A stretch of DNA of 64,000 bases from Polyangiaceae bacterium (GCA_049512415.1 JBEKXD010000020.1:732-64731), one strand, 5' to 3'; positions 25,342 to 35,401 are shown, numbered from the stretch's first letter. Program-made: numbers and translations. Notes: generated from the sequence alone by a model not told the origin.

Positions 25342-28300
25342 ATGGTGAAGGTCGACTGCGAATCGTGCCGGGCGCCGTACCAGATCGATGAGCGCAGGAT
25401 TCCCCCGGCTGGCCTCAAGATGAGGTGCCCGAAATGTGGGCACTCGTTCGTCGTGACGCTCCCGCCCGCGTCGACGGAAGGCGGAGCGGCCGCGCTTCCC
25501 GAACGTCCGTCGGTCGACACCAAGAGCATCCTCGCTCGCCCAGCAGTTGTCCCTCGGTCGTCTCCGGCCGAGCGCGCGCCGACCGCGCCGGCTCCGCCCC
25601 CGCTGCCAAGGTCGCGTCCGGCACGGCCCACCATTGTGGGAGTTGGCGCGACGGCACCTCCGCCCGTGCCGCGGGGGCCTTCGCCGCAGTCGGTCCCACT
25701 GGGACTTGCCGCCACGCAACCGGCGGTCCGCCCATCTCCGGCGTCATTCCCTTCGGACTTCCCAGCGACTCTTGGCAGTCTCGACGAGCCCGACCTTCCG
25801 GTGCCATCCAAGGGCCTGGCCGCAAGCGGAAGTCCAACACCCACCGCGCCGGACAGCCTTGAGCTCGACCTGCCCGTGGTGGCCGATGACTTGCCGGCGC
25901 TGTCGCCGATGGATGTCCTTCACGGTACGGCGGCCGCGTCGGCGATCGAACTCGACCTTCCCGACGTCGCAGAGGCGGGGCTTCCCGTGGCTGCGGGGCC
26001 TGCCGACCTGCCGCTCGTCGCGGCATACCTGCCCGCGTCCGTGGGAGGAGGGCTGCCGGTCGTTGCGGCTGGACTGCCCGTACCAGCTGGCGCGGGGCCG
26101 CGGGCTCGCGGCGATGCCGAGCGACGCGGCGGAGCCGTTGGGGAGCAGGACCTGCCGAATCGGGCGGAATCGCTCCCGGTGGTGATCGGTTCGAATGCGT
26201 ACCTGCCCAGCCGCGGCGAGACCCTGCCGACGCTGATGGGCTTGAACGCGCAGCTTCCGAATCGGGCCGAGTCGTTACCGACGGCCATGAGTCCGAGCGC
26301 GCATTTGCCCAGTCCCGCCGATCTCTTGCCCACAGTGGGCGTCGGCGACTCCCGCGGTTCAGGGCCCCCTCGCGCCGGGCACGACAGCGGTCACTTCGGT
26401 GAGATTGAGCTCCCGGCGGAAGAGGGCGGGCGAAGGGCGTCCGCGCCGCCGGGGGCCGGCCCGGAGCTCGTCACGGGGCCGAAAACGTTGACAACCGTTT
26501 CGAGCCCATCGGCTGTTCGCCGGGAACTGTCTGCCACCGCGAGTGGAGGCATGTCGTTTGGGGAGGTGGATCTCACGGCCGACGCTGGCCCAGACAAGGA
26601 CATCAGCGTGGTCGCTACGGTGCCGAGCGGAGCTGCTGCCGAGCCACACCCGGCGACCGACTCGGCTTCGGAGGAAACGTTTTCCGCCGCGCCCGCAGCC
26701 GTGCCAAGGCTGAATCCGTTGACGGGTTCGCTGCCGGTGCGAAGGCGGCCGACGCCTGCGATATCCCGTCCGCGCCCCCTGCGTCCGCGCATCGTGGCGG
26801 GGCTGATCATGATGGCGATCGTAGGCGGATGCGCACTAGAACTCACTCCCTATGGAGCGTTCGGCTACCTCACGGCGAGCGATTGGCTCCATGCGGGGGC
26901 TTACCAGCGCGCCACCCTCGCGACCGTGCGAGACACGGAGCAGCGTCTGGGCACGGATACGTACGACGTCGCGCGAGCCGCATCCGACGCAGCGGCGGCG
27001 TCGCATGCGGCCGCTCCGCGCGCGAGGCCGCTGACCGCGTATGTAGCGCTGGTGGATTTCGCGCTCTCCGTGAGGTTCGGTCTCGACGCCCAGCGGCGTC
27101 CGCGCGGTAAGCAGCTTCTCGAGGAACTGCCTGCGAAGGACGGCGTCCGCTACCGCAACACGGCCAGCGCGGCTCAGATCGCGGAAGGCGGCGATATTGC
27201 GCGGGCGCTCGGCGTGCTCGCCACGGTTGATGGGGCTGCGCCGGGCGATCCGCTCGAGATCGAAGTCACGACTCTTCGCGGCAACCTGGCGCTTATGGCC
27301 AAAGATGGCGTCACCGCCCTCAATGCTTTCCGCCGCGCGGCCAGTTTGGCAGGCGACGCGCGGAGCCACTTCGGTCTGGCGCGGGCTTACGATCTGCTCG
27401 GGGATAGGGCCAATGTCACCAAGGAGGTTGCTGCGACACTGGCGACCTCGCCGGACCACCCGGGAGCGCTGATCCTCCGAGCGCGCTATTTGGCGTTCGA
27501 AGATGAAGAGCACGCCATGCGCGACCTGGATCGTGTGCTCTCCGGTTCGTCGCGGCCCAAGGCCTCTCCAGCCGAGCTCTCCCGCGCGTACGCTCTGCGA
27601 GCGGGCATCGACATGCGACGCGGGAGCACGAGCGAGGCGCGAGGAGCCTTCGCGGATTCACTGCACCTCGATCCGCGTGACATCGAGGCTCTCTGTGGAG
27701 AGGGCCGTTTGTTCCTCGGCGAGTCGCGTCCCACCGAAGCCCTGTCCCGTTTCGATGCGGCGCTACAGATCGACCCGACGTCCGTGGATGCCGTGGTCGG
27801 CGACGCCGCGGCGAAATTGGCTGCCGAGCGCCCCGGGGATGCCAAGGAGCAGCTTCTCGACGCACGCGCCCGATATCCCAAGAGCGCCGATGTGGCGCTT
27901 TTGCTCGGCAAGGTGGAAGAGCGCGTTGGCAGCCGGGAGGATGCGGAGGCGGACTATCGATCGGCCATCGCCCTCATCGACCCGAAGCGACCTGACGCCG
28001 TGGCTCCGTACGTAGCGCTCTCGGAGCTATGTCTGTCCCGCGGTGCGTATTCCGAGGCCATGGCGGTACTGGATGAGGCTCGCCAGCGACTCTCTCCTTC
28101 GGTAGCGCTCGACTGCGCGTTTGGGGAGGTCGCCGAGCACCAGGGCAACTTGGCGGAAGCGGTCGCGCGGTACAGGTCGGCCATCGCACGCGACCCACGT
28201 GGGGCCATGCCGCGGTTCCAACTCGCTGTCGCGTTGCGAAAGGCGCATCAACTGGCAGAGGCGCGTGCGGAGCTCGACCAGGTGGCCGCTGTCGATGCGG

Positions 28301-29247
28301 ATTATCCCGGACTTCTGCTCGAGCGCGGTCAGCTCTTCGAGGAGCTGGGGGAGATCAAGACGGCCGTCGAGGAGTTCCAGCTGGCGCTTGCCAAAGCTCC
28401 GGACGACGCAGACCTGCAGCTTCGCGTCGGGAGCGTGCTCCTCGCCGTGGGGCGTACCGACGAAGCGCTGACCATGCTGCGCAAGGTGCTCGAGAAACGT
28501 CCGACGAGCGCGCAGGCTCACCACTACATCGGCCGCGCGATGATGGAACAAGGTCCGGGACACGAGGCCGAGGCGCTTAGGTATCTCAAACGGGCTGTCG
28601 ATCTCGACGCAAACCGGGCCGAGTACCACGTCTACGTCGCCTGGGTTGCCAACGAGATCACGCCTCCGCAGCTCGAGCTGGTGCGCGACGAGGTCGCCAA
28701 GGCTCTTGCGCTGGATCAAGGCAACCCGGAGGCCTACTGGCAGAGGGGAGTTCTCGAACGCATGCAGGGGGCGGTCGAGGACGCCATCAAGGACGAGAAG
28801 CGCGCGCTCGAGCTGCGCCCGTCGCGCTACGAGGCCCACGCCGTCCTTGCGGAGTGCTACGGGGACAAGAATAACGACTCGGCAGCTGCCGCGGAGTGGC
28901 AGCTGGCGCTGGCGGGCGAGCACGCGCCGACCGCCGCGTCGGACGTGGCCCCCCACCCGTACTGGCGATATAAGCTCGGACGACTCTATTACGACCACGG
29001 GAATCCCCCGGCTGCCTTGCCGCTGCTCTTGTCGGCAGCCAACGCGCTTGAGCATCAGAGCACGCGCCCCGGTTGGCGCGCGTCGCTCTACTTCATGACC
29101 GCAGAGGGATTGCGAAAGACCGGTCGAAACGCGGAGGCCCTTACGTGGTATCGGCGATTCTTCGACGTGGCGCCTGTCAATTCGCCCGATCGCCTCGACG
29201 CCCAGACGGCGGTCGCGCGGCTCACCGGGAGCCCTGCGGGTAGATAG
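25342..29247 (+). CDS. MJ0042-type zinc-ribbon protein with Pro/Leu-rich repeat linker, one TM segment and a large C-terminal TPR region
   Basis: The N-terminus MVKVDCESCRAPYQIDERRIPPAGLKMRCPKCGHSF has CxxC...CxxC. Residues ~170-330 hold many (D/S)LP-type short repeats. The TM segment is IVAGLIMMAIVGGCAL. About 800 aa of TPR-like helical repeats follow. Confidence 0.8.
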   Translation: MVKVDCESCRAPYQIDERRIPPAGLKMRCPKCGHSFVVTLPPASTEGGAAALPERPSVDTKSILARPAVVPRSSPAERAPTAPAPPPLPRSRPARPTIVGVGATAPPPVPRGPSPQSVPLGLAATQPAVRPSPASFPSDFPATLGSLDEPDLPVPSKGLAASGSPTPTAPDSLELDLPVVADDLPALSPMDVLHGTAAASAIELDLPDVAEAGLPVAAGPADLPLVAAYLPASVGGGLPVVAAGLPVPAGAGPRARGDAERRGGAVGEQDLPNRAESLPVVIGSNAYLPSRGETLPTLMGLNAQLPNRAESLPTAMSPSAHLPSPADLLPTVGVGDSRGSGPPRAGHDSGHFGEIELPAEEGGRRASAPPGAGPELVTGPKTLTTVSSPSAVRRELSATASGGMSFGEVDLTADAGPDKDISVVATVPSGAAAEPHPATDSASEETFSAAPAAVPRLNPLTGSLPVRRRPTPAISRPRPLRPRIVAGLIMMAIVGGCALELTPYGAFGYLTASDWLHAGAYQRATLATVRDTEQRLGTDTYDVARAASDAAAASHAAAPRARPLTAYVALVDFALSVRFGLDAQRRPRGKQLLEELPAKDGVRYRNTASAAQIAEGGDIARALGVLATVDGAAPGDPLEIEVTTLRGNLALMAKDGVTALNAFRRAASLAGDARSHFGLARAYDLLGDRANVTKEVAATLATSPDHPGALILRARYLAFEDEEHAMRDLDRVLSGSSRPKASPAELSRAYALRAGIDMRRGSTSEARGAFADSLHLDPRDIEALCGEGRLFLGESRPTEALSRFDAALQIDPTSVDAVVGDAAAKLAAERPGDAKEQLLDARARYPKSADVALLLGKVEERVGSREDAEADYRSAIALIDPKRPDAVAPYVALSELCLSRGAYSEAMAVLDEARQRLSPSVALDCAFGEVAEHQGNLAEAVARYRSAIARDPRGAMPRFQLAVALRKAHQLAEARAELDQVAAVDADYPGLLLERGQLFEELGEIKTAVEEFQLALAKAPDDADLQLRVGSVLLAVGRTDEALTMLRKVLEKRPTSAQAHHYIGRAMMEQGPGHEAEALRYLKRAVDLDANRAEYHVYVAWVANEITPPQLELVRDEVAKALALDQGNPEAYWQRGVLERMQGAVEDAIKDEKRALELRPSRYEAHAVLAECYGDKNNDSAAAAEWQLALAGEHAPTAASDVAPHPYWRYKLGRLYYDHGNPPAALPLLLSAANALEHQSTRPGWRASLYFMTAEGLRKTGRNAEALTWYRRFFDVAPVNSPDRLDAQTAVARLTGSPAGR

Positions 29248-29251
29248 ACAC

Positions 29252-30775
29252 TCAGAACATTCCGCGGAGGGCAAGACCGCCGCCGTTGCGCGTGGTCCAG
29301 ATCGTCGGGACGGCGTCCAGTTCGAACCCCGAGAGGGGCGCGGGCGGGGGACGGTCGTACTTGTGAGGATCGTCCACGGTGAGCAGAAGCACGGCCCCCA
29401 CGACGGCGCCGGCGGCGCCGAGCCCGATCGCGCTCCAGCCCGCATAGTCGCGCGTGTTGGCGTCGTTGACCTGGGCGTACGCTGCGTTGATCGGGTCGAT
29501 GCACTGCTGCTGATACTGGGGCGTGCTGGTGTCCTGCGCCGAAGGATCGCAGGACGATTGGCTGTGGGGAACGATGGCCGCGCTCAGACGAGCCGCCGTG
29601 GCGTTCCCGTCGTGGCGCTGACCCGCATCGTACGCGACCAGGGCCGCGCCGCCTGCCGCCAACGCCGCGCCGCCGACCACGCCGATCCACCCCCACGTGC
29701 GCTGAGTTTGAGCGCGCTGGGCAAAGCGCGTGCGGTACTCAGGAGTGGGCTCGAGGACTATGCGAAGTGTCGTGGTCCTTCCCGCCGCGATCGACACATC
29801 GCGTTGGGCCGGCACGAAATCGCCTCGCTCGACGAGAACATGGTGCGGTCCCGCAGTGACCCGGATCGGCTCCGCGTAGACGCCTCGAGCCTTTCCGTCG
29901 ATCGCAACGACCGGCGACGACTCCGACACGTCGAGCGCGATCGCCCCGCCCGACGACGCGACCGCGGCAGGATCCTCGGTCGGCTCCAGAGTGACCTCGC
30001 CGATGGCTCCGTCGCCGAGCGTGACCCAAGCGCTTGCGGTGGCGTAGCCGGGGCGCCGCAAGTCAATGCGGTGCGCGCCGGGTGTCAGCGACAGCGACGC
30101 GGCAAGAGGAGTGCTCCCGACACGCTGGTCGTCTGCGAAGATGTCGGCTCCCGGAAGGTGCGTCTCCACGGTCAGATGGGCCAATCGGCCTTGCATGGCG
30201 ACAAGCTCGAACTCCAGCGATCGCTTGTCGCCTCCAGCCATCGCGACTTCCTTGCGCTGCGGCGAGTATCCCGGGGCGACGAGGCCGACGACATGTGTGC
30301 CGCTCGTGAGGCGCAGCGGCGCGGCCAGCGGAGTCGTCCCCACCTCGATACCGTCGACTTCCACGCGCGCGCCGTCGATGCGGGTCTCGATGGCCACGGT
30401 CGCGATGCGCGCTGCCTGTTCATCGCGGGTCTGGCGTGCAATGGCGAGGCGCTCGGGCGAGAGCTGACCTGGGTTGGCGAGGACGCGGTCGAGCGTGTCG
30501 GTCGCTTCGACCGCTCGCCCCGTCTGTGCGTAGACGAGGCCAATGTTGTAAAGGACCACCGTGTTGGCCACGAGATCGTAGGCCCGTCGGAACTCGACGA
30601 GTGCCCCGGCGTTGTCACCCGCGTTGAACAGGCGCAGGCCGCGGTCGAAGCGCTCCCGAGCCTCGGCGCGCGCAGCGTCGCTGGGCGCCGACGGTTGGGC
30701 GCTTGCGTCGCAGGGCAGGGCCGAGGGGGCCATGAGACTCAGGGCAAACGCGAGGGCCAACGCGCGTCCGTTCAT
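29252..30775 (-). CDS. secreted TPR + multi-PEGA-domain protein with C-terminal TM segments
   Basis: It has a signal peptide, a TPR-like FDRGLRLFNAGDNAGALVEFRRAY segment, and repeated PEGA-type units (e.g. ARVEVDGIEVGTTPLAAPLRLTSGTHVVGLVAPGYSP). Its ATG overlaps the kinase stop (ATGA on the minus strand). Confidence 0.8.
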   Translation of the reverse strand: MNGRALALAFALSLMAPSALPCDASAQPSAPSDAARAEARERFDRGLRLFNAGDNAGALVEFRRAYDLVANTVVLYNIGLVYAQTGRAVEATDTLDRVLANPGQLSPERLAIARQTRDEQAARIATVAIETRIDGARVEVDGIEVGTTPLAAPLRLTSGTHVVGLVAPGYSPQRKEVAMAGGDKRSLEFELVAMQGRLAHLTVETHLPGADIFADDQRVGSTPLAASLSLTPGAHRIDLRRPGYATASAWVTLGDGAIGEVTLEPTEDPAAVASSGGAIALDVSESSPVVAIDGKARGVYAEPIRVTAGPHHVLVERGDFVPAQRDVSIAAGRTTTLRIVLEPTPEYRTRFAQRAQTQRTWGWIGVVGGAALAAGGAALVAYDAGQRHDGNATAARLSAAIVPHSQSSCDPSAQDTSTPQYQQQCIDPINAAYAQVNDANTRDYAGWSAIGLGAAGAVVGAVLLLTVDDPHKYDRPPPAPLSGFELDAVPTIWTTRNGGGLALRGMF

Positions 30776-32229
30776 TGGAACGGGTTCTCGCCGGCAAGGC
30801 CCGTCTGGTCAACGCGGCTCTTCGCGGTCCCCGTCGCGGCCGGGACCGGCGTCGACGCCTGGGGCCGTGCGCTGGCCACCGGCGCCGCCGAGGCCCGCGC
30901 GCTTGGAGCCGCCTGCGTGGGACCACGCCCCGAGCCGACTGGAGGACTCGAGGAGGCAGCCGGTTTCGCGGCGGACGCCACCTGCTCCCGCCCCGGCATG
31001 GGCTCCGCGGCGCTGACGGCCAAGGGAGCCAAGTCCATCACTGGCGCGGCCGACGCTGCGTCGAAAGCCCGGCCCACGTCCCCCGACGGGACCACGCGAG
31101 GCCCATGGACCAGACGTGTCGCCGCGACCGCCGCACCCACGCCGATGGCCAAGGCCGCTGCGCCCGCGGCTCGCCCTGCCCAATGCCCTGAACGTCGCGT
31201 CCGCGCCGCGTTCGAGCCCATCGTGGCCGCGAGGCCGGCATCCGTCGAAGGCGGCAGCCCCGGGATGGCCACGGTCTCGGCATCGGAACGAGGTGGAGGC
31301 GAGGAACGTACCAGAGCGCGGGGTGGCGGGGCATCCGTCAGGGGCGTTCGGATGGTGCGCACCCGCAGGGGAGCCAGCGCATCGCCGAGCGCCCGGGCCG
31401 TCTCGAAACGCCGCGCGGGCTCGCGTGCCATGGCCCGATGAACGATCGCGCAGAACTCGGCCGGAAGCGAAGGATTCCGCTCCGACAGAGGTCTCGGCTG
31501 GCCCTCGTGGATGCGGACGGCCAGAGCCTCGATCGACTTCGCGTCGAAGGGGACCGAGCCGCAGGCACACTCGTACAGAATAACCCCGAGCGAGTAGACG
31601 TCGGTCCGGGCGTCGATGAGCGAGGCCCCCCGGACCTGCTCGGGCGACATGTAATACGGCGTCCCGAGCATCATGCCCTCGGTCGTGATTCCGAACGCCC
31701 CGGTTCGCCCTTCGTCGAACTTGGAGATGCCGAAGTCGAGGATCTTCACGAACGGTGCGCCGTCTCGCGTGGTGACGATGAGGTTCTCTGGCTTGAGGTC
31801 GCGATGAACGATACCGGCTTCGTGGGCGGCATGGACGCCCTCGCAGGCTTGGAAGACGAGGTTCGCGAGCTCGCCCGGGCTCATTGGACCCTGCTGTTGG
31901 AGACGCTGTTCGAGCGTTTCGCCGTCGACGAGCTCCATCAGCAGGTACGGCTCGCCGCCGTCCAGTCGCCCGGCGTCAAAGGTTTCGGCCACGTGGGCGC
32001 TTCCGATTCGGGCGGCCGCCGTGGCCTCGCGCAGAAAGCGCTCGAGCACGCCTGGATTGGCCGCCGCGCGGGGGTGCAGCACCTTGAGCGCGCGACGATG
32101 CTTGGTGAGTTCGTGCTCGACCTCGTAGACGACCCCCATTCCGCCGGACCCGACCACGCGTACGACGCGCAGCTTGCCTGCGACGACGGTTCCCGACGGG
32201 AGGATGCGGACCGAGTCCGAGGACGACAA
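30772..32229 (-). CDS. Hanks-type serine/threonine protein kinase with C-terminal TM and Ala/Pro-rich tail
   Basis: Kinase motifs present are GSGGMGVVYEV, ALKVL, HRDLKPENL, DFGISK and YMSPEQ. The start at 32229 is TTG, so the exact start is uncertain. Confidence 0.9.
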   Translation of the reverse strand: MSSSDSVRILPSGTVVAGKLRVVRVVGSGGMGVVYEVEHELTKHRRALKVLHPRAAANPGVLERFLREATAAARIGSAHVAETFDAGRLDGGEPYLLMELVDGETLEQRLQQQGPMSPGELANLVFQACEGVHAAHEAGIVHRDLKPENLIVTTRDGAPFVKILDFGISKFDEGRTGAFGITTEGMMLGTPYYMSPEQVRGASLIDARTDVYSLGVILYECACGSVPFDAKSIEALAVRIHEGQPRPLSERNPSLPAEFCAIVHRAMAREPARRFETARALGDALAPLRVRTIRTPLTDAPPPRALVRSSPPPRSDAETVAIPGLPPSTDAGLAATMGSNAARTRRSGHWAGRAAGAAALAIGVGAAVAATRLVHGPRVVPSGDVGRAFDAASAAPVMDLAPLAVSAAEPMPGREQVASAAKPAASSSPPVGSGRGPTQAAPSARASAAPVASARPQASTPVPAATGTAKSRVDQTGLAGENPFQ

Positions 32230-32244
32230 GATGTGGGCTCCGCG

Positions 32245-34125
32245 TCAGTGGACGCAACGGACATAACCAGAACCCGACGCCGGCACCGTGGCCGAGCTCC
32301 AGTTGTCACCATGGGCGAATTGAACGTAGTAGTTGTATCCGTTGGCGGGAACGATCGCACTGGACGTCCAAAAAATGCCACTTGGGGCGTTTGGAAAGGC
32401 GCTTGTGTCGATCGCCGGATTGTAGAGAATCGGGTCGACGAGCGTCAGCAGCTCCTTGAACAGCGGAACCCGGAAGCCGCTGCCCAGTCCGGCGCAATAG
32501 GTTTCGGCCTCGGACAGGTTGAGATTTCCGCCGCCAGGCGATCCTCGCTCCCAGGTCAACCCTGTCCAGTTGTCCGTGACGGTGTCTTCGACCACGGCGG
32601 CGTCACCCGTGCCGGCATCAATGGCACCTGGGTTGATTGTGTAATGGGCTGCGGCTGTCGTGGCACTGATGCCCGTGCCATGAACGCACCGGACGCTGAA
32701 CGAGCTGGAAAGCGCTTCCCAGCTGTCGCGGCAGTCCAAGAACCGAACCGTCCAATTGTTGCTGGTGTTCTCCTCGAACGTGGACGCGGTCCAGAACTCG
32801 GTTTGGGGGGCCGGCAGAAACGCGTTGGCGATCGACGGCGGTTGGGCGTGCGAACAGTCGAGAATGGACTCGAGCTCGATCTTCGTGGGAACTCGCCAAT
32901 CGGTCACCCCACTGAGGTTCAGGCTGGAGCAGTAGGCCGCCGCCTCGGAGAACGTGCATTCGTCCGGGGCGGTCGCATCGGGACCCGCGTCCGCTGGAAC
33001 GCTCGCGCACCCGTTCGCCGGCGGGTCGAGCTGCCACACGAGCTGCGTGACCTGGTCGGTCACCGTTCCGGCGTCCGGGTCCGTCGCGAACGACGGCAGC
33101 ATCGTGGGACCGGCGACGGGAGCCCCGGGGTCGCTCACGGGCCATTCCGCGAATTGGCCGCGACAGGCTTGGCCGGGCGAGGCCGTGGACTGGCACGGGT
33201 ACTCGGGTGTGCACAGGTTGTTTGCGAGGCACGAATCGAGGACGGTGCACGTCTTGGTTCCGGTCCCGGCGTATCCCGAGTAGCAATCGCACGCGTAGTC
33301 TTGGATTCCACTCACGCACGTGCCGTGGGGGCACGCTCCGACCGGGCAGTAGCTGCACGCTCCGTCGGCGAGCACGGACGCGTCGCCGCAGTCCGGGGGC
33401 GGCTGAGTCTCGCCATCGGTTCCCAGTCCCGGGCCCGTATCGCCCCCCGCATCGCCCTGCGTCTGGGTCGTCGAATCGACGCTCGCATCGCCTGCGGCAT
33501 CGTTTGCCGTTCCGGTCGTTGAATCGGCTCCCGCATCGCCTTGCGCCGGGGTCGTCGAATCGCCAGCCGAGTCGCCGCCAGCTACTCCATCGGCCAGAGC
33601 CGTCGAGTCAGCCGATCCATCGTGGGGAGCTGCGCCGTCGCCGAGCAGACCCGCCTCGGCGAGCTCGGCGTTGTCGACGGAATCCGCGGTCGAGTAGCAC
33701 GCGCTGACGCCGCCAGAGGCGACGCACACCTGAGAGCCGCCAGGGCAGTTCTGCGATGTCACGCATGGCATTCGGCACTGCAGGTCCGCCCCGCAAATCT
33801 CGGTCGGCACCGCGCATGGAGACGACGCGGTGCACGTGCTTTCGGTCAGAAGCTGGCACACGCTGGCAACTCCCGAGTCCGCTTCCGAGCCTGCGGTCGT
33901 CACGCACCGCTCGTCCGTCGGACAGTCCGTAGACACGACGCATGCCGTGTGGCACCGCGAAAAGACGCAGACGAGCGGCGAGTTGCAATCGCTGTTGAGC
34001 GTACATCCTGGGGCGGCAACCGGCGTGGAGCTGGAACAGCCTGCCATGGCGAGCGCCGCCGGAAGGACCACCGCTAAGTACGTACGTGCAGTGCGGGGCG
34101 TGCCCCATTGCGAATGGATAAACAC
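32245..34125 (-). CDS. Cys-rich lipoprotein with EGF-like module and two DUF1566 (Lcl C-terminal-like) domains
   Basis: The lipobox is LAMAGC. The EGF-like segment is CPHGTCVSGIQDYACDCYSGYAGTGTKTC. Two DUF1566-like units are VTQLVWQ...AAAYCSSLNLSGVTDWRVPTKIELESI and TGLTWERG...AETYCAGLGSGFRVPLFKELLTL. GTG at 34125 has GGAGG 5 nt upstream; the track ATG at 34191 is also possible. Confidence 0.8.
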   Translation of the reverse strand: MFIHSQWGTPRTARTYLAVVLPAALAMAGCSSSTPVAAPGCTLNSDCNSPLVCVFSRCHTACVVSTDCPTDERCVTTAGSEADSGVASVCQLLTESTCTASSPCAVPTEICGADLQCRMPCVTSQNCPGGSQVCVASGGVSACYSTADSVDNAELAEAGLLGDGAAPHDGSADSTALADGVAGGDSAGDSTTPAQGDAGADSTTGTANDAAGDASVDSTTQTQGDAGGDTGPGLGTDGETQPPPDCGDASVLADGACSYCPVGACPHGTCVSGIQDYACDCYSGYAGTGTKTCTVLDSCLANNLCTPEYPCQSTASPGQACRGQFAEWPVSDPGAPVAGPTMLPSFATDPDAGTVTDQVTQLVWQLDPPANGCASVPADAGPDATAPDECTFSEAAAYCSSLNLSGVTDWRVPTKIELESILDCSHAQPPSIANAFLPAPQTEFWTASTFEENTSNNWTVRFLDCRDSWEALSSSFSVRCVHGTGISATTAAAHYTINPGAIDAGTGDAAVVEDTVTDNWTGLTWERGSPGGGNLNLSEAETYCAGLGSGFRVPLFKELLTLVDPILYNPAIDTSAFPNAPSGIFWTSSAIVPANGYNYYVQFAHGDNWSSATVPASGSGYVRCVH

Positions 34126-34333
34126 TCGAGCCTCCGATCGAGGCACGCTGCCGGAATCGGGCGTCACTGTCAACGAGCGCGCTCTCTCCATTCTCTCTCT
34201 GTCTTTTCAAGCCGGACGCGACGGAGATTCGCCCAGCCTTTGGCTCATGTTTTGGGTCGGATCCGCACTCGAGCCACGGCCGGCTTTTCAACAAGACTAT
34301 TGGCTCGCTCAGTTCGCTCAGCCAAACGGGATG

Positions 34334-35176
34334 TTATCGCGCGACATTCGGATTCACGTCGGCGTCGATCGCGGCTGCCATTTGCGCGAAATCCTGGACA
34401 TCCAGCGTCTCCCCTCGGGCGCTGAGGTCGACGCGAGCCTCGGCAGCCGCGCGGACGAGCGAATCGACGTCCCGGGCCAGGCCAGTCCAAGCGTTCCGAA
34501 GCGTCTTTCTCCGCGCCGAGAAAGCCCCGTGGACCAGCGCTCGAAACGTCGGCGTCTCGGCGGCGTGGGCCTGTTCGAGAGGAAGGAGCTCGACCACCGC
34601 GCTCGTCACCGCGGGGGGCGGGAAGAACGCCGCCGCGCCCACTCGCCGAATGCGCTTTACGTCGAAAACAGCCCTTACGAAGACGGTCAGCGCTCCGTAG
34701 TCCTTGGTCGCGGGCGACGCCCGCAGACGCTCGGCGACCTCGTCCTGGACCATGAACACCACACGCTCCAGGTGCTGCGCGCATTCCGTAGCGCGGCGCA
34801 GGAGCGGACCCGTGATAGCGTAAGGCAAGTTTCCGCAAAGAACGCGTGGCGACCGCTCGTCTCTTGGTCCCAAGAGACCTATCAAATCGACATTCTTGGC
34901 GTCCTCCTCGACCACACGCACGCACGGGACGGCTCCGAATTCGCGGACGAGCAAAGGGACGAGCTCTCGGTCGCGCTCGATCGCGCACAAAGACTGAGAA
35001 CGCTCGGCGAGCCACCGTGTGAGCGCACCCGTGCCCGCACCGATTTCAATGACGCGAGCCCGCCCCCATTCCCGCATGGGCACACAGGTTGCTGCGATCT
35101 CGCGCGCGACGGTTTCCGACACAAGGAAGTTCTGACCGAAGGTCTTCTTGGGTCGCAGCCCGGCATCGTTGAGCAC
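34334..35176 (-). CDS. rsmA: 16S rRNA (adenine1518/1519-N6)-dimethyltransferase
   Basis: KKTFGQNFL, the IEIGAGTGALT SAM-binding motif and a length of 280 aa fit KsgA/RsmA. It has a GTG start. Confidence 0.9.
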   Translation of the reverse strand: MLNDAGLRPKKTFGQNFLVSETVAREIAATCVPMREWGRARVIEIGAGTGALTRWLAERSQSLCAIERDRELVPLLVREFGAVPCVRVVEEDAKNVDLIGLLGPRDERSPRVLCGNLPYAITGPLLRRATECAQHLERVVFMVQDEVAERLRASPATKDYGALTVFVRAVFDVKRIRRVGAAAFFPPPAVTSAVVELLPLEQAHAAETPTFRALVHGAFSARRKTLRNAWTGLARDVDSLVRAAAEARVDLSARGETLDVQDFAQMAAAIDADVNPNVAR

Positions 35177-35300
35177 ACTACGCGGATCGCGGCGCTCGTG
35201 CGGGGGCCGCGAGCTTGGGGCGTCTCGCTCTTGGCCGGGTCTAATGGATTCCTCGATTCGGACGTTCTACGGGTGAAAGGTGCGCGGACGAGATTGACCT

Positions 35301-35316
35301 TGGCACCTTGATTGCT
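35301..35316 (+). promoter_or_regulatory. sigma-54 (-24/-12) promoter, exact consensus
   Basis: TGGCAC cttga TTGCT matches TGGCAC-N5-TTGCW exactly. It lies in a 225-nt divergent intergenic region, 86 nt upstream of the ATG at 35402. Confidence 0.7.
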
Positions 35317-35401
35317 ACCATCTTAGCTGGATCGTCGTGCGCCGCCCGCCGAATTCTCATTCGCATCATCCCTACTTGTCCCATGGATTGGGAGGTCGAT
35401 C

